A DNA stretch of 37,971 nt, from the sequence record SRR22947725_186; one strand, 5' to 3'. The notes under the pieces were generated by a model. That model was not told the DNA's origin and did not search any database. It saw only the letters and a list, made by a program, of their open reading frames with translations. This document shows, in pieces, positions 8,152-18,100 of the stretch. Both the position numbers and the translations under genes were made by a program. The first letter of the stretch is position 1. Every line of letters starts with the position of its first letter.

Positions 8152-11100
8152 ATGAGTAAGGTTACACTGTTTCTTTTACTTTTAATTTATTCAACTGCAT
8201 ATGGCCAAAATTTAAGAACTCTTAACAAGGACATTGTTGACGAAAATAACAATGAGGTTATTCTTCGAAGCGCTGGTCTTGGTGGTTGGATGCTTCAAGA
8301 ACCTTATATGTTTAATTATTCATCTGGAGCAAACACACAACATGAATTTAAGGAGAAGTTAATCAACCTTGTAGGAAGTGAAAACACCGAATTGTTTTTT
8401 GAATCATGGCTTGATAATTTTGTTACTGAACAAGATGTAGATTCAATTGCTAGTTGGGGGTTTAACAGCATTCGTTTACCTATGCATTATGATTTATTTA
8501 CACTTTCAATACAAAACGAGCCCGTCGAAGGAGAAAATACATGGCTAGATAGAGGTTTTGAAATTGTTGATCAGCTCTTAGATTGGTGTGAACAAAATGA
8601 ATTGTACTTAATTCTAGACTTACACGCAGCACCCGGTGGACAGGGTTACGATGCAGCTATTTCTGATTATAATTCCGAATTTCCATCTTTATGGGAAAGT
8701 GTAGAAAATCAAAATAAGACAATAGCTCTTTGGGAACAACTAGCGATGAGATATAAGGATGAACCGTGGATTGGAGGATATGATTTATTAAATGAAACTA
8801 ATTGGGATTTAGCAAATTTTGAATTAAGAAGTTTTTATGTTCAGGTTACTAATGCAATTAGAGAACATGACACGAATCATATCATATTTATTGAAGGAAA
8901 TTGGTTTGCCAATGATTTTACTGGATTAATACCACCATGGGATGATAATATGGCTTATAGTTTTCACAAATACTGGAGTTATAATAACACAGAGTCTATT
9001 CAATGGGTATTAGATATAAGAAATCAATATAATACTCCTCTTTGGATGGGGGAGTCTGGAGAAAACTCTAATTTATGGTTTACTGATGCAATTAGATTAT
9101 TTGAGGACAATGATATTGGTTGGGCATGGTGGCCTTGGAAAAAAACAGAGTCTATAAATTCGACTTTATCAATTTCATCAAACTCTAATTTCCAATCGAT
9201 TATAAATTATTTTGCAGATGGACAGAACCAGCCAAGTATAGAAAATGCAATGCAAGGATTAATGCAATTTAGTACTGATTCTCGTATTGAAAACACTCAT
9301 TATAATAGTAATGTTATTGATGCTATGATGAGACAACCACATACTTATGAAACTCTTGCTTATTCAGAAAATTTAATCCCAGGTGTAATATATTTAACAG
9401 ATTACGATTTAGGTACACAAGATTATGCTTATTCTGATGTGATTAGTGGTACATATCAGGTTTCAACAGATGAATATACTACTTGGAATAATGGCTGGAG
9501 TTATAGAAATGATGGTGTAGATATTCAAGAATCGAATGACAGTGAAAGTAACGGATTTAATATTGGATGGGTTGAAGACGGAGAATGGTTATTATATACT
9601 GTAGATGTTCAGCAATCTGGTTTCTATGACATTATAACTAGATATTCTTCTGAACAAAATGGTGGAAAGATTAAGTTGTTTTCTGATGATTTAGAAATTA
9701 CGGACTACATAAACCTTTACAATAGTGGTGGTTACTCAAATTTCATAAATAGGCTAACTACAAATGTCTATTTGTCAGAAGGAGTTCAAAAACTAAAATT
9801 AAAAATCAAAGGGGATGTTTCTTTTAATCTCAGTAAGTTAGAGTTCTTTGAGTCTAACGATGAAAACCCTGAATTTGAAGTTTTATTAGCAAATACTTTG
9901 GAAGATGAAAAATCAATTAAAATAGTTTTAACACATCCATTAGCAAGTCAAAATTTAGAGATGGATTTGTTTGATCTAAAATTAAATGATGAATCTACAG
10001 ATATTTCAGCAGTAGAAATTGACTCTAATAATAGTCAGGTTATAAATGTTATTACTGAAAATTATATGTCATTTCAAGATGAAATTACAATAAGCTACAA
10101 TGGTGATGGTTTAATTTCTGAGACAGGTCAATACCTGTATAGTTTTCAAGATTATCCAGTAGAAAATAATTTATCTACAAGATTGTTAATTCCAGGAAGG
10201 ATACAAGCTGAAGATTTCTATTACCAAGAAGGATTAGAGACAGAAGAAACAAGTGACACTTTTGGTGGCTTAAACATAGGTTACACAGATCAAGGAGATT
10301 TTGCAGATTATCTTGTAGCTATTAATGATTCTGGAGATTATACAATAAGTTTTAGAGTTGCTTCACAAGGGTCGGGATCATTAAAATTAGAATTAATTAA
10401 TGATACATCTACAGGAAATATTGGAGTGATATCAACACCTAACACTGGTGGTTGGCAAAACTGGCAAACAATATCATTTTCAAGAAATTTACCAGAGGGT
10501 TTATATACTTTGAGAATGACAGTAATTCAATCTCCTTTTAATTTAAATTGGATGGATTTTGAATCTGAAAATGGAAGTAATAACTCAAATGAAGAATTGA
10601 TAGAATTTTTATCCTCAGGATCCTGGAGAATTCAAGCAGAAGTTGATAATTATAGAGGGGTTGGGCCTGGAGGAGCAATTACTGCTGAATGGTGGTCTGC
10701 AAGCGCATTAAGTGAATCTAATACGGGTCTTTACGATGATACATGGACCTTTAGCGAAAACGGAGTTTTGTCTGTTAACACTGGAGCAGATGGTGCAATA
10801 TTTGGAAAAAAACCTGAAATTGATGCTGCTTTTGATCCTAATGGAAATGTGTCTTATGATGCTGATAATGAGTTTAACGAATATTTAAACTATCCCTTAA
10901 CAAATCATACTGATCAATATAACACAAGTAGTGATAGTGATAGTGAAGAAACAATTACTTTTAATACTTATGGTAATTTAGGATTTTATACAGCGTTGGA
11001 CAATCAGACATATCAGATTCTATCAAGAACAAGTAACACAATGACTGTTAGAAATGTAGGATCTGAAGGAAATTCTTGGTATAGTACATTAACAACTGAT

Positions 11101-11358
11101 GAGCAGCTATCTACTGTTGAATTAAACAATATGTCTGTTAGGATATTCCCTAACCCAACTAATACAGATTTTATATACATAAAATCATCTTTACAAGGAT
11201 TAAAAGTTATTGAGTTATTTGATATCAATGGTAGAAAAATTATCCAAACAAAAATTAGTGGTGATAAATTAGATATTGGAAATTTAAATCATGGATTGTA
11301 CTTAATTAAAATCATGATTAAAGGACAAATAACTTTTGCTAAAATTGTGGTTAATTAA
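8152..11358 (+). CDS. Multimodular GH5 glycoside hydrolase (probable beta-glucanase): GH5, CBM6-like, Ig-like spacer, CBM6, unassigned module, T9SS sorting domain
   Basis: 'GLGGWMLQEPYM', 'FNSIRLPMHY', 'ILDLHAAPGGQ', acid/base 'YDLLNE', nucleophile 'LWMGESG'; CBM6 motifs 'IQAEDF' and 'TGGWQNWQT'; T9SS tail 'IFPNPT...LFDINGR...GLYLIKI'. ATG at 8152 preferred over the TTG at 8134, which overlaps the upstream gene. Confidence 0.9.
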   Translation: MSKVTLFLLLLIYSTAYGQNLRTLNKDIVDENNNEVILRSAGLGGWMLQEPYMFNYSSGANTQHEFKEKLINLVGSENTELFFESWLDNFVTEQDVDSIASWGFNSIRLPMHYDLFTLSIQNEPVEGENTWLDRGFEIVDQLLDWCEQNELYLILDLHAAPGGQGYDAAISDYNSEFPSLWESVENQNKTIALWEQLAMRYKDEPWIGGYDLLNETNWDLANFELRSFYVQVTNAIREHDTNHIIFIEGNWFANDFTGLIPPWDDNMAYSFHKYWSYNNTESIQWVLDIRNQYNTPLWMGESGENSNLWFTDAIRLFEDNDIGWAWWPWKKTESINSTLSISSNSNFQSIINYFADGQNQPSIENAMQGLMQFSTDSRIENTHYNSNVIDAMMRQPHTYETLAYSENLIPGVIYLTDYDLGTQDYAYSDVISGTYQVSTDEYTTWNNGWSYRNDGVDIQESNDSESNGFNIGWVEDGEWLLYTVDVQQSGFYDIITRYSSEQNGGKIKLFSDDLEITDYINLYNSGGYSNFINRLTTNVYLSEGVQKLKLKIKGDVSFNLSKLEFFESNDENPEFEVLLANTLEDEKSIKIVLTHPLASQNLEMDLFDLKLNDESTDISAVEIDSNNSQVINVITENYMSFQDEITISYNGDGLISETGQYLYSFQDYPVENNLSTRLLIPGRIQAEDFYYQEGLETEETSDTFGGLNIGYTDQGDFADYLVAINDSGDYTISFRVASQGSGSLKLELINDTSTGNIGVISTPNTGGWQNWQTISFSRNLPEGLYTLRMTVIQSPFNLNWMDFESENGSNNSNEELIEFLSSGSWRIQAEVDNYRGVGPGGAITAEWWSASALSESNTGLYDDTWTFSENGVLSVNTGADGAIFGKKPEIDAAFDPNGNVSYDADNEFNEYLNYPLTNHTDQYNTSSDSDSEETITFNTYGNLGFYTALDNQTYQILSRTSNTMTVRNVGSEGNSWYSTLTTDEQLSTVELNNMSVRIFPNPTNTDFIYIKSSLQGLKVIELFDINGRKIIQTKISGDKLDIGNLNHGLYLIKIMIKGQITFAKIVVN

Positions 11359-11426
11359 ATTCATTATAATTTAAGATTTGTATTTTTAATTATCTAGATT
11401 TAGCATCTTATTTTTTTTCAATTATT

Positions 11427-12347
11427 ATGAACGAAATCAGAGTGTTTTCTCCCGCTACAGTGTCAAATGTTGCCTGTGGTTTTGATGTTTTAGGATTTCC
11501 TTTAGAAAGTGTTGGAGATGAAATGGTTGTTAGAAAAACTAAAGCAAAGGGAATTGTAATTAAAAAAATTGAAGGTTTTGATTTGCCATTTGATATAAAT
11601 AAAAATGTTGCATCTGTTTCTGCAATGGCTCTATTAGAAGTTGTAAAACCAGAGTTTGGTTTTGAAATGGAGATTTATAAAAAAATAAAACCTGGTAGTG
11701 GTATTGGTAGTAGTGGAGCAAGTGCTACAGGAAGTGTTTATGCAATTAATGAGCTACTTGGAAGGCCATTTAACAAATTACAGTTAACGGAGTTTGCTAT
11801 GAAAGGAGAGTTTATAGCCAGTAAATCCGAGCATGCCGATAATATAGCTCCAGCAATTTTTGGGGGTTTTTGCTTGGTAAAAAACTTACAGCCTCTAAAT
11901 ATATTGCAACTACCTACCCCTACGGACTTATATGCTATAATTTTACATCCTCAAATTGAAATTAAAACTTCTGAATCTAGGAAAATACTTCCTAAAATGG
12001 TTCCACTTTCTGATGTAACTAAACAACTATCTGATTTGGGAGGTCTAATACACGGATTGCACACTGAAAATTATGATTTAATTCAAGATTCATTGAACGA
12101 TCATATAATTGAGGTTCACAGAAGTAAATTAATTCCTTATTTTGATATAGTTAAAAGTAAAGCTCTTAATGCTGGTGCTTTGGGTTGTTCAATTTCTGGA
12201 TCTGGTCCTTCAATCTTTGCTTTAACTAAAGGAAAAGATTTAGCAATTGAAATTGAATTAGTTTTTAAGTTAATTTATTCAAAATCAAATATTAATTTCT
12301 CCACATATGTTTCAAAAATTTGCTCCAATGGTGTATTAACTATTTAA
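11427..12347 (+). CDS. thrB: Homoserine kinase
   Basis: 'PATVSNVACGFDVLG', GHMP motif 'PGSGIGSSGAS', 'HADNIAPA', 'ISGSGPS'; upstream of thrC. Confidence 0.95.
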   Translation: MNEIRVFSPATVSNVACGFDVLGFPLESVGDEMVVRKTKAKGIVIKKIEGFDLPFDINKNVASVSAMALLEVVKPEFGFEMEIYKKIKPGSGIGSSGASATGSVYAINELLGRPFNKLQLTEFAMKGEFIASKSEHADNIAPAIFGGFCLVKNLQPLNILQLPTPTDLYAIILHPQIEIKTSESRKILPKMVPLSDVTKQLSDLGGLIHGLHTENYDLIQDSLNDHIIEVHRSKLIPYFDIVKSKALNAGALGCSISGSGPSIFALTKGKDLAIEIELVFKLIYSKSNINFSTYVSKICSNGVLTI

Positions 12348-12357
12348 TAAAATCAAT

Positions 12358-13659
12358 ATGAGTTTTTATAGCCTTAATAGAAAATCACCAAATGTATCTT
12401 TTAAAGATGCTCTAATAAATGGTTTAGCACCTGATAAAGGTCTGTATTTTCCTGAAAAAATAAATAAATTCTCAGAAGATTTCATAAACAATATAGGAAA
12501 TTATTCAAATCAGGAAATAGCATATGAGTGTATAAATCAATTTGTAGGTCAAGACATTACTGAAAAGTATTTGCGAAAAATAATTGATGAAGTTCTTTCA
12601 TTTGATTTTCCATTAGTAAAGTTAAATAATCAAATTTCATTTCTAGAATTATTTCATGGTCCAACGATGGCATTTAAGGATGTTGGAGCTAGGTTTATGT
12701 CTAGATGTCTTGCTTATTTTTTAAATGGTAGTAAAGAAAACACTGAGGTAACAGTATTAGTAGCTACATCTGGAGACACCGGCGGTGCTGTAGCAAGTGG
12801 TTTTTACAAAGTAAAAGGGATAAAAGTAGTTATTTTGTATCCTAAAGGAAAAGTTACTAGTGTACAAGAGAAGCAGTTAACAACCTTGGGAGAGAATATA
12901 ACTGCTTTAGAGGTTGATGGTACTTTTGATGATTGTCAAGCAATGGTCAAAACAGCTTTTTTAGACAAAGATTTATTAAATAAAATAAAATTAACATCAG
13001 CAAACTCTATCAATATAGGTAGATGGCTTCCACAAATGTTTTATTTCTTTTTTAGTTACAGAGATTTAAAATTATCGAATTTAGATAAAGTTGCTTACTC
13101 TGTGCCAAGTGGAAATTTTGGTAATATTTGTGCTGGCATGTTAGCCAAAGAAATGGGTTTGCCAATAGGTAAATTCATAGCTTCAAATAATATTAACGAT
13201 GTTGTTCATAGATATTTAAATACCAAAATATATGACTCGAAGCCTTCCATTCAAACTATTTCAAATGCTATGGATGTTGGAGACCCTAGTAACTTTATCA
13301 GAATAAGTAATCTATATAAAAATGATTTTAATTCAATCAAGGAAAACTTATACACTTGTAGTTTTACTGATGATGAAACAGTATATGGTATTAAAGAATT
13401 AATCAACAAGTTTAACTATATCCCAGATCCGCATGGAGCAGTTGGTTATTTAGGGGTCAATGATTTTTTAAAATCATATCCTGATTATAAATGTGTCATT
13501 CTAGAAACTGCGCATCCAGCTAAATTCTCAGATATTATCAGTTTGTATACTAATAATTTAGAATTACCTTCTCAAATTAGTTCTGTTATGGATAAGAAAA
13601 AAGAATCCGTAAATATTGATAGCTATTTAGCTTTTAAAAACTATTTGTTAAATAGTTAG
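12358..13659 (+). CDS. thrC: Threonine synthase
   Basis: 'GLAPDKGLYFP', PLP lysine motif 'ELFHGPTMAFKD', 'ATSGDTG', 'SANSINIGR', 'VPSGNFGN', 'ETAHPAKF'. Confidence 0.96.
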   Translation: MSFYSLNRKSPNVSFKDALINGLAPDKGLYFPEKINKFSEDFINNIGNYSNQEIAYECINQFVGQDITEKYLRKIIDEVLSFDFPLVKLNNQISFLELFHGPTMAFKDVGARFMSRCLAYFLNGSKENTEVTVLVATSGDTGGAVASGFYKVKGIKVVILYPKGKVTSVQEKQLTTLGENITALEVDGTFDDCQAMVKTAFLDKDLLNKIKLTSANSINIGRWLPQMFYFFFSYRDLKLSNLDKVAYSVPSGNFGNICAGMLAKEMGLPIGKFIASNNINDVVHRYLNTKIYDSKPSIQTISNAMDVGDPSNFIRISNLYKNDFNSIKENLYTCSFTDDETVYGIKELINKFNYIPDPHGAVGYLGVNDFLKSYPDYKCVILETAHPAKFSDIISLYTNNLELPSQISSVMDKKKESVNIDSYLAFKNYLLNS

Positions 13660-13661
13660 TC

Positions 13662-15113
13662 TTATATCTTTGGAAGTTGTCCTTCCCCTTTTGTTGGCAA
13701 TGAAGTTTTTCCTGTCAAAAATAAATCTACCTCTCTAGCAGCTTCTCTTCCTTCAGAAATTGCCCATACAATTAGTGATTGTCCTCTTCGCATGTCACCC
13801 GCACTAAATATTTTTGGAATATTTGTTTGATAATTGGTTGTTTGATAATTATTTCTATCACTAATTTTAACCCCTAACTTGTCAGCTAAACTCGACTCTG
13901 GTCCTGTAAATCCTAGCGCTAGTAATGCTATATCACAATCCCATGTTTTTTCTGAGCCTACAACTTCGATTAACTTTGGTGAATTATTTTTTTTAATCTC
14001 CCATTTAACATTTACAGTTTTTAGTCCAGTTAGGTTATTGTCTTTGTCGAATAAAAATTCTTTGGTATTTATTAACCAATTCCTATCGCATCCCTCTTTA
14101 TGTGATGTGCTATTTTTTAGTTGTAGTGGCCAATATGGCCAAGGAGTTTTAACACTTCTATTTAGTGGTGGTTTTGGCATTATTTCAAAATTAATAACTG
14201 ACTTTGCTCCATTTCTATTTGCAGTTCCAACACAATCTGAACCAGTGTCTCCACCTCCTATTACTACAACATTTTTGTTTTTTAATTCAGTTGTTTTAAT
14301 GGATTTGTCATAAAGAAATTTGGTTTGCTTAGTTAATAAATCCATAGCTTGAATTACACCGTTAGATTTTGAACCAGGGATGTTTAAAGGTCTTTTTTCA
14401 GATGCTCCTCCGCACAACACAATAGAATCAAAATCTTCAAGCTTGGAAATGCTGATATTTACTCCTACATTGGCATTTGTAATAAATTTTATTCCTTCTT
14501 TTTTTAAAATATCAACTCTTCTGTCAATAATATTTTTTTCTAATTTGAAATTTGGAATTCCATATCTTAACAACCCACCAATTTTATCTTCTTTTTCATA
14601 TACAATTACATTATGACCAACACTGTTCAGTTGTTGTGCGGCTGCAAGTCCTGCTGGACCTGAACCTACAATAGCAATATTATAGTTGGTTCTTTTACTT
14701 GGAATTTTTGGTTTAATCCAACCATTTTTAAAGCCTTTTTCAACAATATTTTTTTCAATATTTTCAATCGATACAGGTTCTTCGATTATACCCAAAACAC
14801 AAGATTTTTCACATGGTGCGGGGCATAGTCTTCCGGTAAACTCTGGAAAATTATTGGTTGAATGTAAAATCCATGAAGCTTTTTGCCATTCTTCTTGATG
14901 TACCATATGATTAAAATCAGGGATTAAATTTCCAAGAGGGCAAGAGCTATGGCAAAATGGTATTCCGCAATCCATGCATCTTGAACCTTGGTTTTTTAAT
15001 TCTTTATCATCAAGTTTGACCGAAAACTCATTATAATTTCTAACTCTTTTTTTTACTGAAATATATCCGTCTTCTTTTCTTTTAAATTCTTTAAAACCTG
15101 TTGATTTGCCCAT
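13662..15113 (-). CDS. gltD: Glutamate synthase small (beta) subunit
   Basis: 'RCMDCGIPFC...CPLGN', 'GSGPAGLAAA', 'IGGGDTGSDC', 'GDMRRGQSLIVWAISEGR'. Confidence 0.97.
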   Translation of the reverse strand: MGKSTGFKEFKRKEDGYISVKKRVRNYNEFSVKLDDKELKNQGSRCMDCGIPFCHSSCPLGNLIPDFNHMVHQEEWQKASWILHSTNNFPEFTGRLCPAPCEKSCVLGIIEEPVSIENIEKNIVEKGFKNGWIKPKIPSKRTNYNIAIVGSGPAGLAAAQQLNSVGHNVIVYEKEDKIGGLLRYGIPNFKLEKNIIDRRVDILKKEGIKFITNANVGVNISISKLEDFDSIVLCGGASEKRPLNIPGSKSNGVIQAMDLLTKQTKFLYDKSIKTTELKNKNVVVIGGGDTGSDCVGTANRNGAKSVINFEIMPKPPLNRSVKTPWPYWPLQLKNSTSHKEGCDRNWLINTKEFLFDKDNNLTGLKTVNVKWEIKKNNSPKLIEVVGSEKTWDCDIALLALGFTGPESSLADKLGVKISDRNNYQTTNYQTNIPKIFSAGDMRRGQSLIVWAISEGREAAREVDLFLTGKTSLPTKGEGQLPKI

Positions 15114-15116
15114 TTA

Positions 15117-18100
15117 TTAAAGTTTATTAGTTGTTTTTTGATTCTGTAAAATATTTTCTAGTGCTTTCTTGTATTCAGTAGGCATTACTTTAACAAAATG
15201 ACTACTATCTTTCCTCCAGTTTGAAAGAATTTTTTTTCCTAAGCTACTATTTGTATATTTTACGTGTTCAGTAATGTGGTGTTTTAGATGAATATTATCT
15301 TCAGTTGATAAATTCTCAAACTCTATTGATTCTGTGTTACATAGTCCATTTATAAAGTTATTCTCTTTATCATAAATGTATGCAATTCCACCGCTCATTC
15401 CTGCTGCAAAATTTCTTCCTGTTTTTCCTAATATAATTACTTTACCTCCGGTCATGTACTCACATCCATGATCACCAATTCCTTCAACTACAGCATTAGC
15501 TCCTGAATTTCTAACCGCAAACCTTTCTCCAGCTATACCATTTATGTATACATTTCCTGAAATTGCCCCAAATAAACATACGTTGCCTGCTATTATATTT
15601 TCTTCTGCTTTAAAATCTGCTTTTTCAGGCTTTTTAACTGATATTGTTGCGCCAGATAAGCCTTTGCCTAAAAAATCATTGGTGTTTCCTTCAAGTTTAA
15701 AAGTAATGCCATTAGCAGCAAAGGCTCCAAAACTTTGTCCTGCTGATCCGGTAAAATCAATATTTATTGTATTGTCGGGTAGTCCTATGTCTTTATATTT
15801 TTTTGATATTTCATTGCTTAATATTGCGCCTACTGATCTATCGGTATTTTTAATTTTGTAAGATAAGTTTGTTTCTATCCCATAATGAATCGCTTTTTGT
15901 GCTGATTTTACAATCTTTATGTCTAGAACATTATATAAGTTATGGTCCTGATTTTCGATATTTCTTAATGTTGTTGTTTTTGGATCAAATGGTTGATATA
16001 AAATTGATGAAAAGTCAAGACCTTTAGCTTTATAGTGATTAATTGCTTTTGAAGTATTTATTTTTTGTGTTTGACCAATCATTTCGTTCATTGTCTTAAA
16101 TCCAAGTAGAGCCATAATTTCTCTTAGTTCATTTGCTACGAAATAAAAGAAGTTTATTACATGTTCTGGTTTCCCTTTAAAGTTTTTTCTAAGTTCTTTA
16201 TCTTGTGTTGCTATTCCTACCGGACAGGTATTTAAGTGACATTTTCTCATCATTATGCAACCTGAAGCAACCAATGGAGCTGTTGCAAATCCAAACTCTT
16301 CAGCACCTAAAAGTGCCGCTATAGCAACATCTCTCCCGGTTTTAAGTTGGCCATCACATTCTACTACAATCCTGCTTCTTAAATTATTTAAAACTAAGGC
16401 TTGTTGTGCTTCTGCTATTCCTAATTCCCACGGTAACCCTGCGTGTTTTAATGAAGTTAAGGGAGATGCTCCTGTTCCACCATCATAACCTGAAACTAAT
16501 ACAACATCTGCTTTCGCCTTCGCTACTCCAGCGGCTATAGTGCCAACCCCAACTTCAGAAACAAGCTTAACATTGATTCTAGCTTCTCTATTTGCATTTT
16601 TTAAATCATAAATTAGTTGAGCTAAATCCTCAATAGAATATATGTCATGATGAGGAGGTGGGGATATTAACCCAACAAACGGAGTAGAATTTCTTACTTC
16701 TGCGATCCATGGAAACACTTTTTCACCTGGTAATTGTCCTCCTTCGCCTGGTTTTGCACCCTGAGCCATTTTTATTTGTATCTCTTTTGCATTGGTTAAA
16801 TAATTGGATGATACTCCAAATCTACCTGAGGCAACTTGCTTGATTGCTGAGTTTTTGTTATCACCATTTTTCATTATTTCAAACCTTTTTTTGTCTTCAC
16901 CTCCTTCACCAGAATTACTTTTACCACCAATCCTGTTCATTGCAATTGCGAGATTTTCGTGAGCTTCTTTTGAAATTGACCCATAAGACATAGCTCCAGT
17001 TTTAAATCTTTTTACAATTTCTGTCCAAGGCTCAACTTCATCAATTGGAATAGGATCATAGTCATTGAATTCAAATAACCCACGAATAGTCATTAGTCTT
17101 TCAGACTGCTTATTGATATTGTCCGCGTATACGTCATAGCTTTTTTGATCATTTAGTCTTACAGCTTGTTGAATTTTGGTTACAGTTGTAGGATTAAACA
17201 TGTGTCTTTCTCCATTTCGTCTCCATCTATATTCTCCACCAATGTTAAGTTTTAATTTATTCTTTTCATCAATTAATGGAAAAGCATAATCATATCTTTT
17301 AGATATTTCTTTTTCTATTTCATAAAGACCAATCCCTTCAATTCTAGATGTTGTATAGGGGAAATATTTTTTTGAAAACTCAGAATTAAAGCCAACAATT
17401 TCGAAAAGTTGTGACCCTCTGTATGAGTGTAGTGTGGAAATACCAATTTTATTCATGATTTTTAATATTCCTTTTCCTATGGCTTTATTAAAATTAATTA
17501 CTGCTTCTATTTCTGTGTAGCCTTTAATAAATCCTTCTCTAACTTGAGTCTTAATAATTTCATTGACCATATACGGATTAATTGCACTAGCTCCATACCC
17601 AAATAAAGATGCAAAATGGTGAGGTTCTCTAGGTTCTGCTGATTCTATTATTATATCAAAATATGATCTTTTTCTTCTTTTATTTAGTGAGTGATGAACA
17701 AAAGAACATGCCAAAAGAGCCGGTATTGGTGCGTTTGTTTTATTTGCATTTTTATCTGATAGAATAATTATATTACATCCTTCATCTATACTTCTTTCGA
17801 CTTCGTTAATAATTCTATCTAAAGAGTCTTCAATTCCGTTTAGACCTTTACTTTTGTTATATAGAATTTTAATTGTTCTAGATTTAAACCCTTTAGAGTC
17901 TATTTGTCTAATTTTATGTAGATCTCGATTTGAAATAACTGGATTTTGAATTTTTAACTTTCTACATTGACGAGAAGAAATATCAAATAAGTTTTTGTCA
18001 TGACCAAGAGAAAGACTAATGTCTGTTACTATTTCTTCTCTTATTCCATCCAGAGGAGGGTTTGTTACTTGTGCAAATAATTGTTTAAAATAATTATAGA

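Noticed and set aside
10927..10950. AGTGAT tandem repeat (SDSDSE) in the GH5
   Set aside because: Only about three in-frame copies encoding an acidic loop; not a contingency locus.
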